Below are positions 1 through 12,520 of a DNA stretch of 32,000 nucleotides, one piece after another (positions within the stretch are counted from its first letter, which is position 1; each line of letters begins with the position of its first letter). A program made the translations under genes and the position numbers. The stretch lies in assembly GCF_000195955.2 (NCBI RefSeq), contig NC_000962.3, forward strand, positions 2,130,001 to 2,162,000. Reading direction: 5' to 3'. The stretch is from Mycobacterium tuberculosis H37Rv. GTDB lineage: Bacteria > Actinomycetota > Actinomycetes > Mycobacteriales > Mycobacteriaceae. The notes beneath the pieces were generated by a model that saw only the letters and a list, made by a program, of their open reading frames with translations, had not been told where the DNA came from and made no database searches.

Positions 1-513
1 TTACAGGATCGGGTTCTGCTGCGCTTCGGGTTGCATCAGGCGTTGCGCCTGGGCAAGCCGCTGCAGTTCCACGTCGGATTTGGCGACCGGGACGCTGATC
101 TGCACAAGGCCAATCCGCTGTATCTGCTCGACTTCCTGCGGCAGTCCGGCAATACCCCAATCGTGTTGCTGCACTGCTATCCCTACGAACGAGAAGCCGG
201 TTATCTGGCACAAGCCTTCAACAACGTCTATCTTGACGGCGGGTTGAGTGTGCACTACCTGGGGGCCCGGTCGCCGGCCTTCATCGGCCGACTACTGGAG
301 CTTGCCCCCTTCCGCAAGATCGTGTACTCGTCGGACGGATTCGGCCCCGCGGAACTGCACTTTCTCGGTGCAACGTTGTGGCGCAGTGGAATTCAGCGTG
401 TTCTGCGTGGCTTTGTCGAGCGCGACGACTGGTGCGAGACCGATGCCCTGCGGGTGGTCGACCTAATTGCCCATGGCACTGCCGCACGCATCTATCGCCT
501 TGGCGATCGGTAG
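1..513 (+). CDS. C-terminal part of an amidohydrolase-family protein (Rv1879), truncated by the window start
   Basis: Open frame to 513 with FHVGFGDRDADLHKANP...VLLHCYPYEREAGYLA...VYLDGGLSVHYLG...KIVYSSDGFGPAELHFLG, typical of the TIM-barrel amidohydrolase C-terminus. Confidence 0.85.
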   Translation, partial: LQDRVLLRFGLHQALRLGKPLQFHVGFGDRDADLHKANPLYLLDFLRQSGNTPIVLLHCYPYEREAGYLAQAFNNVYLDGGLSVHYLGARSPAFIGRLLELAPFRKIVYSSDGFGPAELHFLGATLWRSGIQRVLRGFVERDDWCETDALRVVDLIAHGTAARIYRLGDR

Positions 514-540
514 CTTTCAGGTGGCGCAAGTGTGGCCCCG

Positions 541-1857
541 TCACGGGCTAACCATGGACCGTGCCGGACCCAGTGTCACCGGCAGCGTCGACCAACCGCG
601 CAGCACCCGCGTGTCACGCCGACTTCCGGCACCCGCGGCCCGCACATCGGGGAAGCGGTCGAAGAACGTTCTCAGCCCGACCTCGCCTTCGGCGCGGGCC
701 AGGGCGGCCCCCAGGCAGAAGTGGCGGCCGGTAGAGAACGCAAGATGTCGTCCGGCATTGGGGCGTTCGATGTCAAAGCGGTGCGGATCCGGGAACACAG
801 CGGGATCGCGGTTGGCGGCTGCTAGGTAGATCACCACGACTTCGCCGCGTTTGATTCGCACACCAGCCACCTCGACGTCACGGCAAGCCACCCGGGCGGT
901 GAGCTGAACCGGCGAATCCAGCCGCAGGATTTCTTCAACCGTATTCGGCCACAGCTCCGGATGTTGGCGCAGTGTGGCCAGATGTTCGGGGGTATCCAAC
1001 AACATGCGAATCCCGTTGCCTAACAGGTTCACTGTGGTTTCGAATCCGGCGACCAAAACCAGTCCGGCGATCGCCCGAAGTTCGGTCTCGTCGAGCTGTG
1101 TCTCGTTGTCCCCGCTTTCGGCGATCTGGATCAACTGACTCATCAGGTCGTCACCCGGAGCGTGCCGCAACTGCTGCAGATGCCCTTCCAGCCAGCAGTC
1201 GAATCCTCGTATCCCCTGCTGCACACGCAGGTACTGCCGCCACGGAATCCCGATGTCTAGACTCGGCGCTGCCAACTCACCAAATTCCAGGACGCGCGGC
1301 CTGTCATGCTCGGGCACGCCCAAAATTTCGCTGATGACCACGATCGGCAGTTGCGAGCAATAGCGTCCTACGACGTCCACAATCCCGGGCTGCTCAGCGA
1401 ACCGATCCAAGAGATTGATCGCGGTCTGTTCGACCAGATCGCGTAGCGCGCTGACCGCCCGTGAGGTGAACACCGCCGACACCGTTTTGCGGTAGCGAGT
1501 GTGATCGGGCGGCTCGACGGCCAGCAGCGAAGGTTCTCGCAGGGGGTGAAGTTGATCGCCGCGGGTCCGCCGCTCCAGCCAGCGCAGCGGTGGTGGCAGA
1601 TTCTCGCCGAAGGAGACGACGCGGAAGTCGTCCGATCGCAGCAGGTCATGGGCGAGCCGATGGTCGACGGTCAGGTAGTTGGCGCGGTTGCGCACCAGGG
1701 CGCCGTGGGACCGGACTTCGTCGTAAAAGGGCACCGGATCGGTGGCGACGGCCGGATCCGCGATCAGCCGGGCCTGCAAGTCGCCACGCCGAATCCCGAT
1801 TGCCGCAATGCCGCGGATCACCCCGTGCATCGCCAACCAGTGCAGCTTGTCCTTCAC
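541..1857 (-). CDS. cyp140: Cytochrome P450 (CYP140, Rv1880c), 438 aa from GTG
   Basis: AGLVLVAGFETTVNLLG I-helix, ETVEEILRLDSPVQ (ExxR region), heme loop HLAFSTGRHFCLGAALARAE. Confidence 0.95.
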   Translation of the reverse strand: MKDKLHWLAMHGVIRGIAAIGIRRGDLQARLIADPAVATDPVPFYDEVRSHGALVRNRANYLTVDHRLAHDLLRSDDFRVVSFGENLPPPLRWLERRTRGDQLHPLREPSLLAVEPPDHTRYRKTVSAVFTSRAVSALRDLVEQTAINLLDRFAEQPGIVDVVGRYCSQLPIVVISEILGVPEHDRPRVLEFGELAAPSLDIGIPWRQYLRVQQGIRGFDCWLEGHLQQLRHAPGDDLMSQLIQIAESGDNETQLDETELRAIAGLVLVAGFETTVNLLGNGIRMLLDTPEHLATLRQHPELWPNTVEEILRLDSPVQLTARVACRDVEVAGVRIKRGEVVVIYLAAANRDPAVFPDPHRFDIERPNAGRHLAFSTGRHFCLGAALARAEGEVGLRTFFDRFPDVRAAGAGSRRDTRVLRGWSTLPVTLGPARSMVSP

Positions 1858-1906
1858 CGCGCCTCCGTCGATCGAGTGGCTTTTCTTCAAGACTAGAACC
1901 CGCAAT

Positions 1907-2329
1907 TCAACATTCGGCGAGGATGTTGAAGTCTGTTGACACCACCGTGTTGGGTTTTTTGCTGCTGATGCCGTAGGCACTGCCGGCAACTGTGTATGTG
2001 TTGCGGGCGCGGTCGGCGCGGGCGTTGCCCACCCCGCCGTGCCAGAAGCTGCCGTTGAACCCGTCGACGTTACGGATCTTCACCCACTGCGGGATTACCC
2101 TGTCACCGCTGAGCAATACCACGGCTTGGACGGTGCTGTCGTGGTTGCGGATGTCGATGGTCCGGTAGGAGTGCTCCTGGCTGCATGTTGCGGGACGTGT
2201 CGTGTGAGTGACGCCGTCAATAGTCAGGCGTGCGGCTTTTCGGGGTACCGTCTGAGCTTGCCCGCACGCGGAGAGACCAGCCGCGACGACCATTGCAACT
2301 CCGGTCACTGTGACCAACCGATTGCACAC
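1907..2329 (-). CDS. lppE: Lipoprotein LppE (Rv1881c), LpqH/19-kDa antigen-like, 140 aa
   Basis: Signal peptide with lipobox LSAC (VVAAGLSACG); C-terminal half YTVAGSAYGI...FNILAEC resembles LpqH-type proteins. Confidence 0.85.
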   Translation of the reverse strand: MCNRLVTVTGVAMVVAAGLSACGQAQTVPRKAARLTIDGVTHTTRPATCSQEHSYRTIDIRNHDSTVQAVVLLSGDRVIPQWVKIRNVDGFNGSFWHGGVGNARADRARNTYTVAGSAYGISSKKPNTVVSTDFNILAEC

Positions 2330-2369
2330 CAGCCACCTCCATTCGGGCCTGAGCATTGTGCTCGGGACA

Positions 2370-3203
2370 TTACTTCCGTTTTGGCTCCAACGTGGCCAGG
2401 GACTTGGCAATGTGACGTCGGACGAACTCCGGACTGACGCCCTTGAGCCGATCAATCCAGCGAATGCTTCGGGGCACATACCAATGCAACCGTGTGGGGT
2501 GCTGGTAGGCCCGCCAGGCTGCCTCGGCGACGCTGGACGAGGGCATCAGCCGGAACATGCCCTTCTTGGGCGCGGCAGCGCGGATCTGCTCCGCGGAGAT
2601 CGTGTAGGGGCCCTCGTCGGAATGCTGGCGCGTCGAGGTGAGGATAGCGGTGTCGATCAGACCGGGCAGCACGTCGGCGACGCGAACCCCATGACGCTGC
2701 CACTCAACGCTCAACGCCTCGGTCAACCCCTTGACGGCGTGTTTGGTCGCCGAGTAGACCGCGATACGCGGCATGCCATAGGTGCCCGAGGACGACGACG
2801 TCGAGAACATCAGACTTCCCGGTGCTTTCTTGAGGTAAGGCAGTGCGGCGTAGGCGCCAGTGAGCACCGCCTTGAAGTTCACGTCGACGACGCGCACGGC
2901 GGCCTCGTACGGCACGTCCTCGAACCAACCGCCTTCGCCGATGCCGGCGTTGTTCCACATCATGTCGAGACCGCCGCCGACATTGCCGGCGCAGAAATCA
3001 GCGAGCGCACCCTCAAGGGCCGCCTTGTCCGTAACGTCGACGGCGCGGGCCCACAGCCGTTCGGCACCAAGCTGTACGCGCAGGGCAGCCAGCCCATCCT
3101 CATTGCGGTCTATCGCACCTACTCGCCAGCCGTTGGCGTGGAAAAGCGTTGCACCCTCGCGGCCCATTCCACTGCCGGCGCCGGTGATGAATATCGCTTT
3201 CAT
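2370..3203 (-). CDS. Short-chain dehydrogenase/reductase (Rv1882c), 277 aa
   Basis: TGAGSGMGRE cofactor motif, NNAGIG, and YSATKHAVKG catalytic YxxxK. Confidence 0.95.
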   Translation of the reverse strand: MKAIFITGAGSGMGREGATLFHANGWRVGAIDRNEDGLAALRVQLGAERLWARAVDVTDKAALEGALADFCAGNVGGGLDMMWNNAGIGEGGWFEDVPYEAAVRVVDVNFKAVLTGAYAALPYLKKAPGSLMFSTSSSSGTYGMPRIAVYSATKHAVKGLTEALSVEWQRHGVRVADVLPGLIDTAILTSTRQHSDEGPYTISAEQIRAAAPKKGMFRLMPSSSVAEAAWRAYQHPTRLHWYVPRSIRWIDRLKGVSPEFVRRHIAKSLATLEPKRK

Positions 3204-3230
3204 GCGGAATCCGGAATAGCCGAACCGCCC

Positions 3231-3692
3231 TCAGCCTGCTTCAACCAGATCTTTGATGCGCTGCAACGTCTTGGTCATGTCTCGGATGTTGCGGCGCTGA
3301 CGCAGCCAGCCCCCGAACACCCGGTAGTACACGGTGGTCAACACGGACGGGGGGAGCCGAAACGACTCAGTGACCTCGGTGCCGTCGGCGGTGGGCGTCA
3401 AACGATAATGCCAATTGTTCACCGGTCTGTCGCCGAGCAGCACAGCAAACCCGAACTCACGGCCCGGTTCGCATACCGTCCAGTAGACCGGCCCGATCCC
3501 GTTGCGCCGGACATGCCCGCGGAATCGAGCGCCAAGCGCGGGGCCGGTGGCACCGTCAAGCCACTCGGCCTCGAAGGTTTCCGGCGAGAACCGGCCGGTA
3601 TTGCGGACATCCGCGATCAATGTCCAGATCTTGTCCGGCGGCGCTGCCATGTGAACTGTGGCCGAACCTTCCATGACCTGATCCAAACACAT
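3231..3692 (-). CDS. SRPBCC/polyketide cyclase-like protein (Rv1883c), 153 aa
   Basis: MEGSATVHMAAPPDKIWTLIADVRNTGRFSPETFEAEWLDG... START/SRPBCC-type pattern. Confidence 0.85.
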   Translation of the reverse strand: MCLDQVMEGSATVHMAAPPDKIWTLIADVRNTGRFSPETFEAEWLDGATGPALGARFRGHVRRNGIGPVYWTVCEPGREFGFAVLLGDRPVNNWHYRLTPTADGTEVTESFRLPPSVLTTVYYRVFGGWLRQRRNIRDMTKTLQRIKDLVEAG

Positions 3693-3730
3693 ACGTCGAC
3701 CTGGTCATAGACCGCACACGCCGCCAACCG

Positions 3731-4872
<1,142 letters not shown>

Positions 4873-4889
4873 CCCTTCGGTTGATCCCG

Positions 4890-6035
<1,146 letters not shown>

Positions 6036-6257
6036 CTATCGCGGATTTCTCAGAATCGCGGCCCGGGGCTACCGGCTGTGCTCCCCCAGGGAGGCCGAAC
6101 TTGCGTTCACCGCGTAGGCTCGCTCGAAGCAAGCCGACGAAGACCACGCTATCCCGGTCTGTTCCGGCGTCCGCGTAACACCGCACTGGGGTTTGTGGCG
6201 TGCGATGGTGCGGGCTGAGGGCATCGGAGGTTCCGGGAACGATTGAGGTGCGAGAAT

Positions 6258-7400
6258 TTGGACACGGTACTTGGGCTCTCGATAACGCCTACCACCCTGG
6301 GGTGGGTCCTCGCTGAAGGACACGGCGCAGACGGCGCCATCTTGGACCGCAACGAATTGGAGCTACATAGCGGTCGTAACGCGCAGGCCATACATACCGC
6401 AGAGCAGCTGGCGGCGGAAGTTCTGCTCGCCCATGAAGTGGCCGCTGCAGGCGATCATCGGTTGCGCGTCATCGGAGTGACCTGGAACGCCGAAGCTTCG
6501 GCTCAGGCGGCGCTGCTGGTAGAGTCGCTGACCGGTGCAGGTTTCGACAATGTGGTGCCGGTTCGGCGGCTACGTGCCATCGAGACACTGGCGCAGGCTA
6601 TCGCACCCGTTATCGGCTACGAGCAAATCGCGGTATGCGTTCTTGAGCATGAGTCGGCGACCGTCGTCATGGTCGACACCCACGACGGAAAGACGCAGAT
6701 CGCCGTCAAGCATGTGTGCCGCGGATTATCAGGACTGACCTCCTGGCTGACCGGCATGTTTGGTCGCGATGCCTGGCGCCCGGCCGGCGTGGTCGTGGTC
6801 GGCTCGGATAGCGAGGTCAGCGAATTCTCGTGGCAGCTCGAAAGGGTCCTGCCGGTGCCGGTCTTTGCGCAAACGATGGCGCAGGTTACGGTCGCGCGGG
6901 GTGCGGCCCTGGCGGCGGCCCAGAGCACCGAGTTCACCGATGCGCAGCTAGTGGCCGACAGCGTCAGCCAACCAACGGTCGCGCCCAGGCGATCCCGGCA
7001 CTACGCCGGGGCGGCGGCAGCGTTGGCCGCCGCGGCCGTGACCTTCGTGGCTTCGCTGTCCCTAGCGGTGGGCATCCAGCTGGCTCCGCACAACGATACC
7101 GGGACGGCGAAGCACGGAGCGCACAAGCCGACGCCACGTATCGCAAAGGCCGTGGCGCCGGCGGTGCCGCCTCCGCCGACGGTCACGCCACCAGTCCCTG
7201 CTCGGGCACCCCGGCCGGCTGCGCAGCACGAACCACCCGCTCGCGTCACCTCCGGCGAAGCGCTCACGGAGCCGAACCCGCCTGAGGAGCAACCGAATGC
7301 TTCTGCGCCGCAACAGGATCGGAATGACAGCCAGCCGATCACTCGAGTGCTAGAGCACATACCCGGCGCTTACGGTGACTCGGCACCCCCAGCTGAGTAG
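6258..7400 (+). CDS. Conserved mycobacterial protein with actin/Hsp70-like N-terminal region, TM segment and Pro-rich tail (Rv1887), about 380 aa; start codon (TTG) uncertain
   Basis: Long ORF; LGLSITPTTLGWVLAEG start motif, one hydrophobic segment (AAAALAAAAVTFVASLSLAVGIQL), Pro-rich C-terminus. Confidence 0.8.
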   Translation: MDTVLGLSITPTTLGWVLAEGHGADGAILDRNELELHSGRNAQAIHTAEQLAAEVLLAHEVAAAGDHRLRVIGVTWNAEASAQAALLVESLTGAGFDNVVPVRRLRAIETLAQAIAPVIGYEQIAVCVLEHESATVVMVDTHDGKTQIAVKHVCRGLSGLTSWLTGMFGRDAWRPAGVVVVGSDSEVSEFSWQLERVLPVPVFAQTMAQVTVARGAALAAAQSTEFTDAQLVADSVSQPTVAPRRSRHYAGAAAALAAAAVTFVASLSLAVGIQLAPHNDTGTAKHGAHKPTPRIAKAVAPAVPPPPTVTPPVPARAPRPAAQHEPPARVTSGEALTEPNPPEEQPNASAPQQDRNDSQPITRVLEHIPGAYGDSAPPAE

Positions 7401-7518
7401 TCGGAGGCCGCCGTAGCCGGTTGCGAAACCTGTTCGCGCGGACCCATGTCGAGGCGAAGCGGTGGGTACTCGTCGCGCATCAGCGTGGTGTATGCGCGGA
7501 CCCGCAACGCCCACCGGT

Positions 7519-8079
7519 TTACAGGTTGTATAGCCCTATGGGGTACCGGCCGGTGAACAGGAGCGCCACCACGGCGACGAGCAGCAGGATCACCAGTAGC
7601 GAAGGCCACATTATGCCGACGCGGTCGTGGGGGTCGATCAGGAAGACTCGCCAACCGCTGGAGAGGAAGACCGCCAGGATCAGGTAGTGGGGGATAGCAA
7701 GTAGCCACCACTTAATCAGCACCAGGCCGCGGCTCAACCGCTCCGGATAGTCAACCTCCAAGTCAGCCGGATACTCCGCCTTTGTCTGCAGGCTGAAGGG
7801 CGGGTACCGGTCGGTTCCCAGCGCCGACAGCGCATAGAAGGCAACCCGCCAGCGCCACCGCATGACGCCGACATTGAAGTCGAACAGCGTCCGGGGATAT
7901 CTGCCCGTGAACAGGATGGCAAAGAACGCGATCACGGTGACCACCACGGCGGCAACGTGCAAGAAGAACAAGACAATGTAGTGCGGGATGGCCAAAAACC
8001 ACTTGACTAGCCACTGCCAACGTGACAACGCAGGATCGAGGTCACCCCGGACCCGGACTGGATAGGCGTCAGGTTGCAT
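7519..8079 (-). CDS. DUF4389-like membrane protein (Rv1888c), 186 aa; C-terminus appears frameshifted
   Basis: Two repeats: [16 protein letters not shown]...[16 protein letters not shown] and [18 protein letters not shown]...[16 protein letters not shown]. Confidence 0.85.
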   Translation of the reverse strand: MQPDAYPVRVRGDLDPALSRWQWLVKWFLAIPHYIVLFFLHVAAVVVTVIAFFAILFTGRYPRTLFDFNVGVMRWRWRVAFYALSALGTDRYPPFSLQTKAEYPADLEVDYPERLSRGLVLIKWWLLAIPHYLILAVFLSSGWRVFLIDPHDRVGIMWPSLLVILLLVAVVALLFTGRYPIGLYNL

Positions 8080-8173
8080 GATCGACGGCTCCTTTACATG
8101 CGCGTCGGCTCGATCCACGAGCCAGGCCCATTGTCTCTCATCTGCCGCGCATGGGCGAAGCCATCGTCGTGCG

Positions 8174-9017
<844 letters not shown>

Positions 9018-9075
9018 CGGGATCCTTTCGGCTCGGCCAGCGATATACAGCCTTCGAAGTCCACCGCTTGTGGGA

Positions 9076-9687
9076 TCAATCGTCCTTTGCCCGAACCGCG
9101 GTGAATGCCACGCTCACTTCGTCGGCGACCCGTATTGAACCCATCAACAGCGAGTAGGGTTTGACGCCGTAGTTGGACTGGCGAACCGTGGTGTCGGCAG
9201 AGATGCGCCACGCAGCACCAAGATCCTCTGTGTGCAAGTCGATGACGTGTTCTCGCGACTTTCCCCGGATGTGCAGTTTCCCGGTCAGGCGGTACCCATT
9301 CCCGGTCTGGGCAATGGCTTCCGTGGTAAAGCGAATATGGGGGAAGCGGCTGGCGTTGAGCGTTTTCAGCGCGTTCGCCCGCACCAGAGCTTTCTCAGGC
9401 TCGGACAGCCCCTTCACGCCACCCTCACCGCGCATCACCTCGAAGGAATCCACCTCAGCCACAAGCTCGCCGGCGACGGGATCGGTGCCGGACCAGTTCA
9501 CCAGGGCCTGCCACCGTGTCATCGCGATGGTCAGGCGATGACCCAAGCGCGCGGCTCTGCCAACGACTCCGGTGCGAAGTACCAGCTCGCCGTCGGAAGC
9601 ATCAAGAGTCCACACCGCGTCGCTCACGCCACGACTGTATTCAGACGACCTGCCTGCCCGCCCCTCCCGCCGCGTCTTGTGGGCCAC
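9076..9687 (-). CDS. YceI-family protein (Rv1890c), 203 aa
   Basis: [19 protein letters not shown]...[14 protein letters not shown]...[11 protein letters not shown]...[20 protein letters not shown] pattern. Confidence 0.88.
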   Translation of the reverse strand: MAHKTRREGRAGRSSEYSRGVSDAVWTLDASDGELVLRTGVVGRAARLGHRLTIAMTRWQALVNWSGTDPVAGELVAEVDSFEVMRGEGGVKGLSEPEKALVRANALKTLNASRFPHIRFTTEAIAQTGNGYRLTGKLHIRGKSREHVIDLHTEDLGAAWRISADTTVRQSNYGVKPYSLLMGSIRVADEVSVAFTAVRAKDD

Positions 9688-9740
9688 GACACAATCGTTA
9701 TGCTTGGTGAGGCTCGCCGGTGCCGTTGGAGGGGTGCAAC

Positions 9741-10148
9741 ATGATTCGCGAACTGGTCACCACCGCTGCGATCACGGGTGCCGCGATCGGTGGGGCGCCA
9801 GTCGCGGGCGCAGACCCGCAGCGTTATGACGGCGATGTGCCGGGGATGAACTATGACGCTTCGCTGGGCGCCCCATGCTCCAGCTGGGAGCGCTTCATTT
9901 TTGGACGAGGCCCCTCCGGTCAGGCCGAAGCCTGTCATTTTCCGCCTCCTAACCAGTTCCCGCCGGCCGAAACCGGCTACTGGGTGATCTCCTACCCGCT
10001 ATACGGCGTCCAGCAGGTCGGTGCGCCGTGTCCGAAGCCGCAGGCGGCCGCGCAGTCTCCGGATGGGTTGCCGATGCTGTGTCTGGGAGCCCGTGGATGG
10101 CAGCCGGGATGGTTTACCGGGGCCGGGTTCTTCCCTCCGGAGCCATAA
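9741..10148 (+). CDS. Secreted conserved mycobacterial protein (Rv1891), 135 aa
   Basis: Signal peptide MIRELVTTAAITGAAIGGAPVAGADP, Cys-containing mature region. Confidence 0.8.
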   Translation: MIRELVTTAAITGAAIGGAPVAGADPQRYDGDVPGMNYDASLGAPCSSWERFIFGRGPSGQAEACHFPPPNQFPPAETGYWVISYPLYGVQQVGAPCPKPQAAAQSPDGLPMLCLGARGWQPGWFTGAGFFPPEP

Positions 10149-10164
10149 CCGGTGGGCGTTTCTC

Positions 10165-10476
10165 ATGATCATGTGCGAAGGCCGGCCCACCGAATCACCG
10201 ATCCCACGGTGGCTGCGCTTCGTGCTTACGTCTGACCGTGCCGGCTCGGCATGGTATATCGGGGCAGGCTTCTTCTTCGCGCCAGTGCTGGCGGTGCTTT
10301 CGCCATGGCCGACCATCACCGCGGTGCTGTGGTGGATCATCGGACTGGCGGGACTATGGCTCGGACTGCTCGGAATCGCGATGGCAGTCGGACTGGCCCG
10401 GGTGTTGCGTTCCGGCGCCGAAATACCGGAAGCCTACTGGCGCACGCTGGTCGACTACCGATCCGCCAACGAATAG
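10165..10476 (+). CDS. Small membrane protein (Rv1892), 103 aa
   Basis: ORF with two hydrophobic segments (WYIGAGFFFAPVLAVLS; AVLWWIIGLAGLWLGLLGIAMAVG). Confidence 0.75.
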   Translation: MIMCEGRPTESPIPRWLRFVLTSDRAGSAWYIGAGFFFAPVLAVLSPWPTITAVLWWIIGLAGLWLGLLGIAMAVGLARVLRSGAEIPEAYWRTLVDYRSANE

Positions 10477-10485
10477 GAGACTCCG

Positions 10486-10704
10486 ATGAGCTTCAATCCC
10501 AAAGATGCGGTCGACGCTGTCCGGGACATTGCGGCCAATGCCGTCGAGAAGGCCTCGGACATCGTGGAAAACGCCGGCCACATCATCCGCGGCGACATCG
10601 CTGGCGGGGCCAGCGGCATCGTCAAGGACTCCATCGACATCGCCACCCACGCGGTCGACAGAACGAAAGAAGTGTTCACCGGCAAGACGGACGACGAAGG
10701 TTAG
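10486..10704 (+). CDS. Small conserved hypothetical protein (Rv1893), 72 aa
   Basis: ORF 9 bp after Rv1892; amphipathic Ala/Asp-rich sequence MSFNPKDAVDAVRDIAANAVEKASD. Confidence 0.7.
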   Translation: MSFNPKDAVDAVRDIAANAVEKASDIVENAGHIIRGDIAGGASGIVKDSIDIATHAVDRTKEVFTGKTDDEG

Positions 10705-10738
10705 TCGAGACTAGTCGGCGCGCGCTTGTCGTCCGTTG

Positions 10739-11869
10739 TCAAACGGACGCGGCAGCATTGAGTGCGTCCAACCGGGCGGTCGCCTCGAGGTACTCCTGCA
10801 CCCAGCGTTCGATAACGGTAGCCGTCTTTTCCACCTTGGTGAACTGCCCAACAACCTGCCCCACCGGGTTGAACGCGACGTCGACGGTCTCGTTCGGGTA
10901 TTTATGTGTGGCTTTGACGGCCATGCCGGAGACCATGTATTGCAACGGCATACCGAGCGGCTTCGGGCTCTCCGGTTGCTCCCAGGCCTCAGTCCAGTCG
11001 TTGCGCAGCATCCGGGCCGGCTTACCCGTGAAGGAACGACTGCGCACGGTGTCGCGGCTGGTCGCCTTGACGTATGCGGCCTGTTGAACCGCGGTGTTTG
11101 CGGCTTCCTCGACCATCAGCCACTGCGAACCGGTCCATGCCCCTTGGGTCCCCAGCGCCAACGCTGCAGCGATCTGCTGACCGCTGCCGATGCCACCCGC
11201 CGCCAACACCGGAACCGGCGCTACCTCCTTGACGACCTGAGGCCACAACACAATGGAGCCCACCTCGCCACAGTGCCCGCCGGCCTCGCCGCCCTGGGCG
11301 ATGATGATGTCGACGCCCGCATCGGCGTGCTTGCGGGCCTGCGAGGGTGAGCCGCACAATGCGGCCACCTTGCGACCCGAGTCGTGGATGTGCTTGATCA
11401 TGTCCGCTGGGGGGGTGCCAAGCGCGTTGGCGACCATCGTCATCTTGGGGTGCTTCAGCGCCGCGTCGACCTGTGGGGTGGCCGTCGCCTCGGTCCAACC
11501 GAGCAGCTGCAGACTGTCCTCGTCGGCGTCCTCGACCGGGACACCATGATCGGCGAGGATCTTGCGGGCGAAGTCCAGATGCTCCTGCGGGACCATCGAC
11601 CGCAGCGTCTTGGCGAGCTCATCCGCCGACAGCTGGGAGTCCATGCCCTCGTACTTGTTCGGGATCACGATGTCGACCCCGTAGGGGTGGTCGCCGATGT
11701 GTTCATCGATCCAGTTGAGCTCGATCTCCAGCTGCTCCGGCGTGAACCCAACTGCTCCGAGCACACCAAAACCACCAGCTTTGCTGACGGCGACCACCAC
11801 ATCGCGGCAGTGAGTGAAGGCAAAAATAGGAAACTCGATACCGAGCTCGTCGCAAATGGCAGTGTGCAT
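10739..11869 (-). CDS. Nitronate monooxygenase (2-nitropropane dioxygenase) family (Rv1894c), 376 aa
   Basis: GIEFPIFAF...GGFGVLGAVG...IIAQGGEAGGHCGEV...VPVLAAGGIGSGQQIAAALALGTQGAWTGSQWL. Confidence 0.93.
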   Translation of the reverse strand: MHTAICDELGIEFPIFAFTHCRDVVVAVSKAGGFGVLGAVGFTPEQLEIELNWIDEHIGDHPYGVDIVIPNKYEGMDSQLSADELAKTLRSMVPQEHLDFARKILADHGVPVEDADEDSLQLLGWTEATATPQVDAALKHPKMTMVANALGTPPADMIKHIHDSGRKVAALCGSPSQARKHADAGVDIIIAQGGEAGGHCGEVGSIVLWPQVVKEVAPVPVLAAGGIGSGQQIAAALALGTQGAWTGSQWLMVEEAANTAVQQAAYVKATSRDTVRSRSFTGKPARMLRNDWTEAWEQPESPKPLGMPLQYMVSGMAVKATHKYPNETVDVAFNPVGQVVGQFTKVEKTATVIERWVQEYLEATARLDALNAAASV

Positions 11870-12004
11870 GCCTGCTCCTGGAATGCTAGCGGACGCAAAT
11901 AGAACTGAAACGTGTTCTAGTTTAGTACCCGTCTTGGTAAGGTGGCCAACAGCCCAGGTTCCGGTCGGGTTTCGGCGCGCACCCCGGCGAAGCTGACGAG
12001 GCGG

Positions 12005-12345
12005 TCTAAGGTCACCTTCACCCGCGCATGGCCGGCCAGCAACAACGACGGCTGTCCCACCGAGCAGAAGTACTGGGCGATGGTGTGCACCGCGGTCGGC
12101 TACCACCGCGACGACCCCGCCGCAGAACTGCTGTTACGCAACGAAGGCTTGGCAGCTGCAGTCCAAACTGGCCACCTACGTCTACCCGCCACAGAAACTA
12201 GTCGCCAAGGTCCGTGCGGGCGCCAAAGTGTCCGACAACCACGACCAGGCGACCACTCTGTTCCACCACGCGATCGATCACCCAACCGTGACCGTGCAGC
12301 AGACCTACTCCCTGATCAACCCTCAATCGGCCCCGGGGCGATGGA
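12005..12345 (+). pseudogene. Remnant of a DDE/rve-type transposase C-terminus, frameshifted
   Basis: VTFTRAWPASNNDGCPTEQKYWAMVCTAVGYHRDDPAAELLLRN, then in a shifted frame KAWQLQSKLATYVYPPQKLVAKVRAGAKVSDNHDQATTLFHHAIDHPTVTVQQTYSLINPQSAP. Confidence 0.75.
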
Positions 12346-12520
12346 CCTTGATCCGCTGGGGCCCCGCCGGTAGCCTAGTGCTGCGAATTACGCTATGCCG
12401 AGTCTCGGAATTGCCGGCCCGCCGTTCACCACGTTCAAACGCCCGAGACCGGTGCCAGGCAGGTACGCGAACCTCATGGGTCTCAATTCGTTCTGCCACA
12501 AAGAAAGTGAGTAAGCCAGC

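Noticed and set aside
2310-3710. 466-aa + strand ORF across Rv1882c/Rv1883c
   Set aside because: Antisense shadow of clear SDR and SRPBCC genes in high-GC DNA; no family motifs, unusual composition.
10251-11087. 278-aa + strand ORF overlapping Rv1892/Rv1893 and the end of Rv1894c
   Set aside because: Arg/His/Gly-rich shadow frame of two better-supported small ORFs and antisense to Rv1894c; no recognisable domain.
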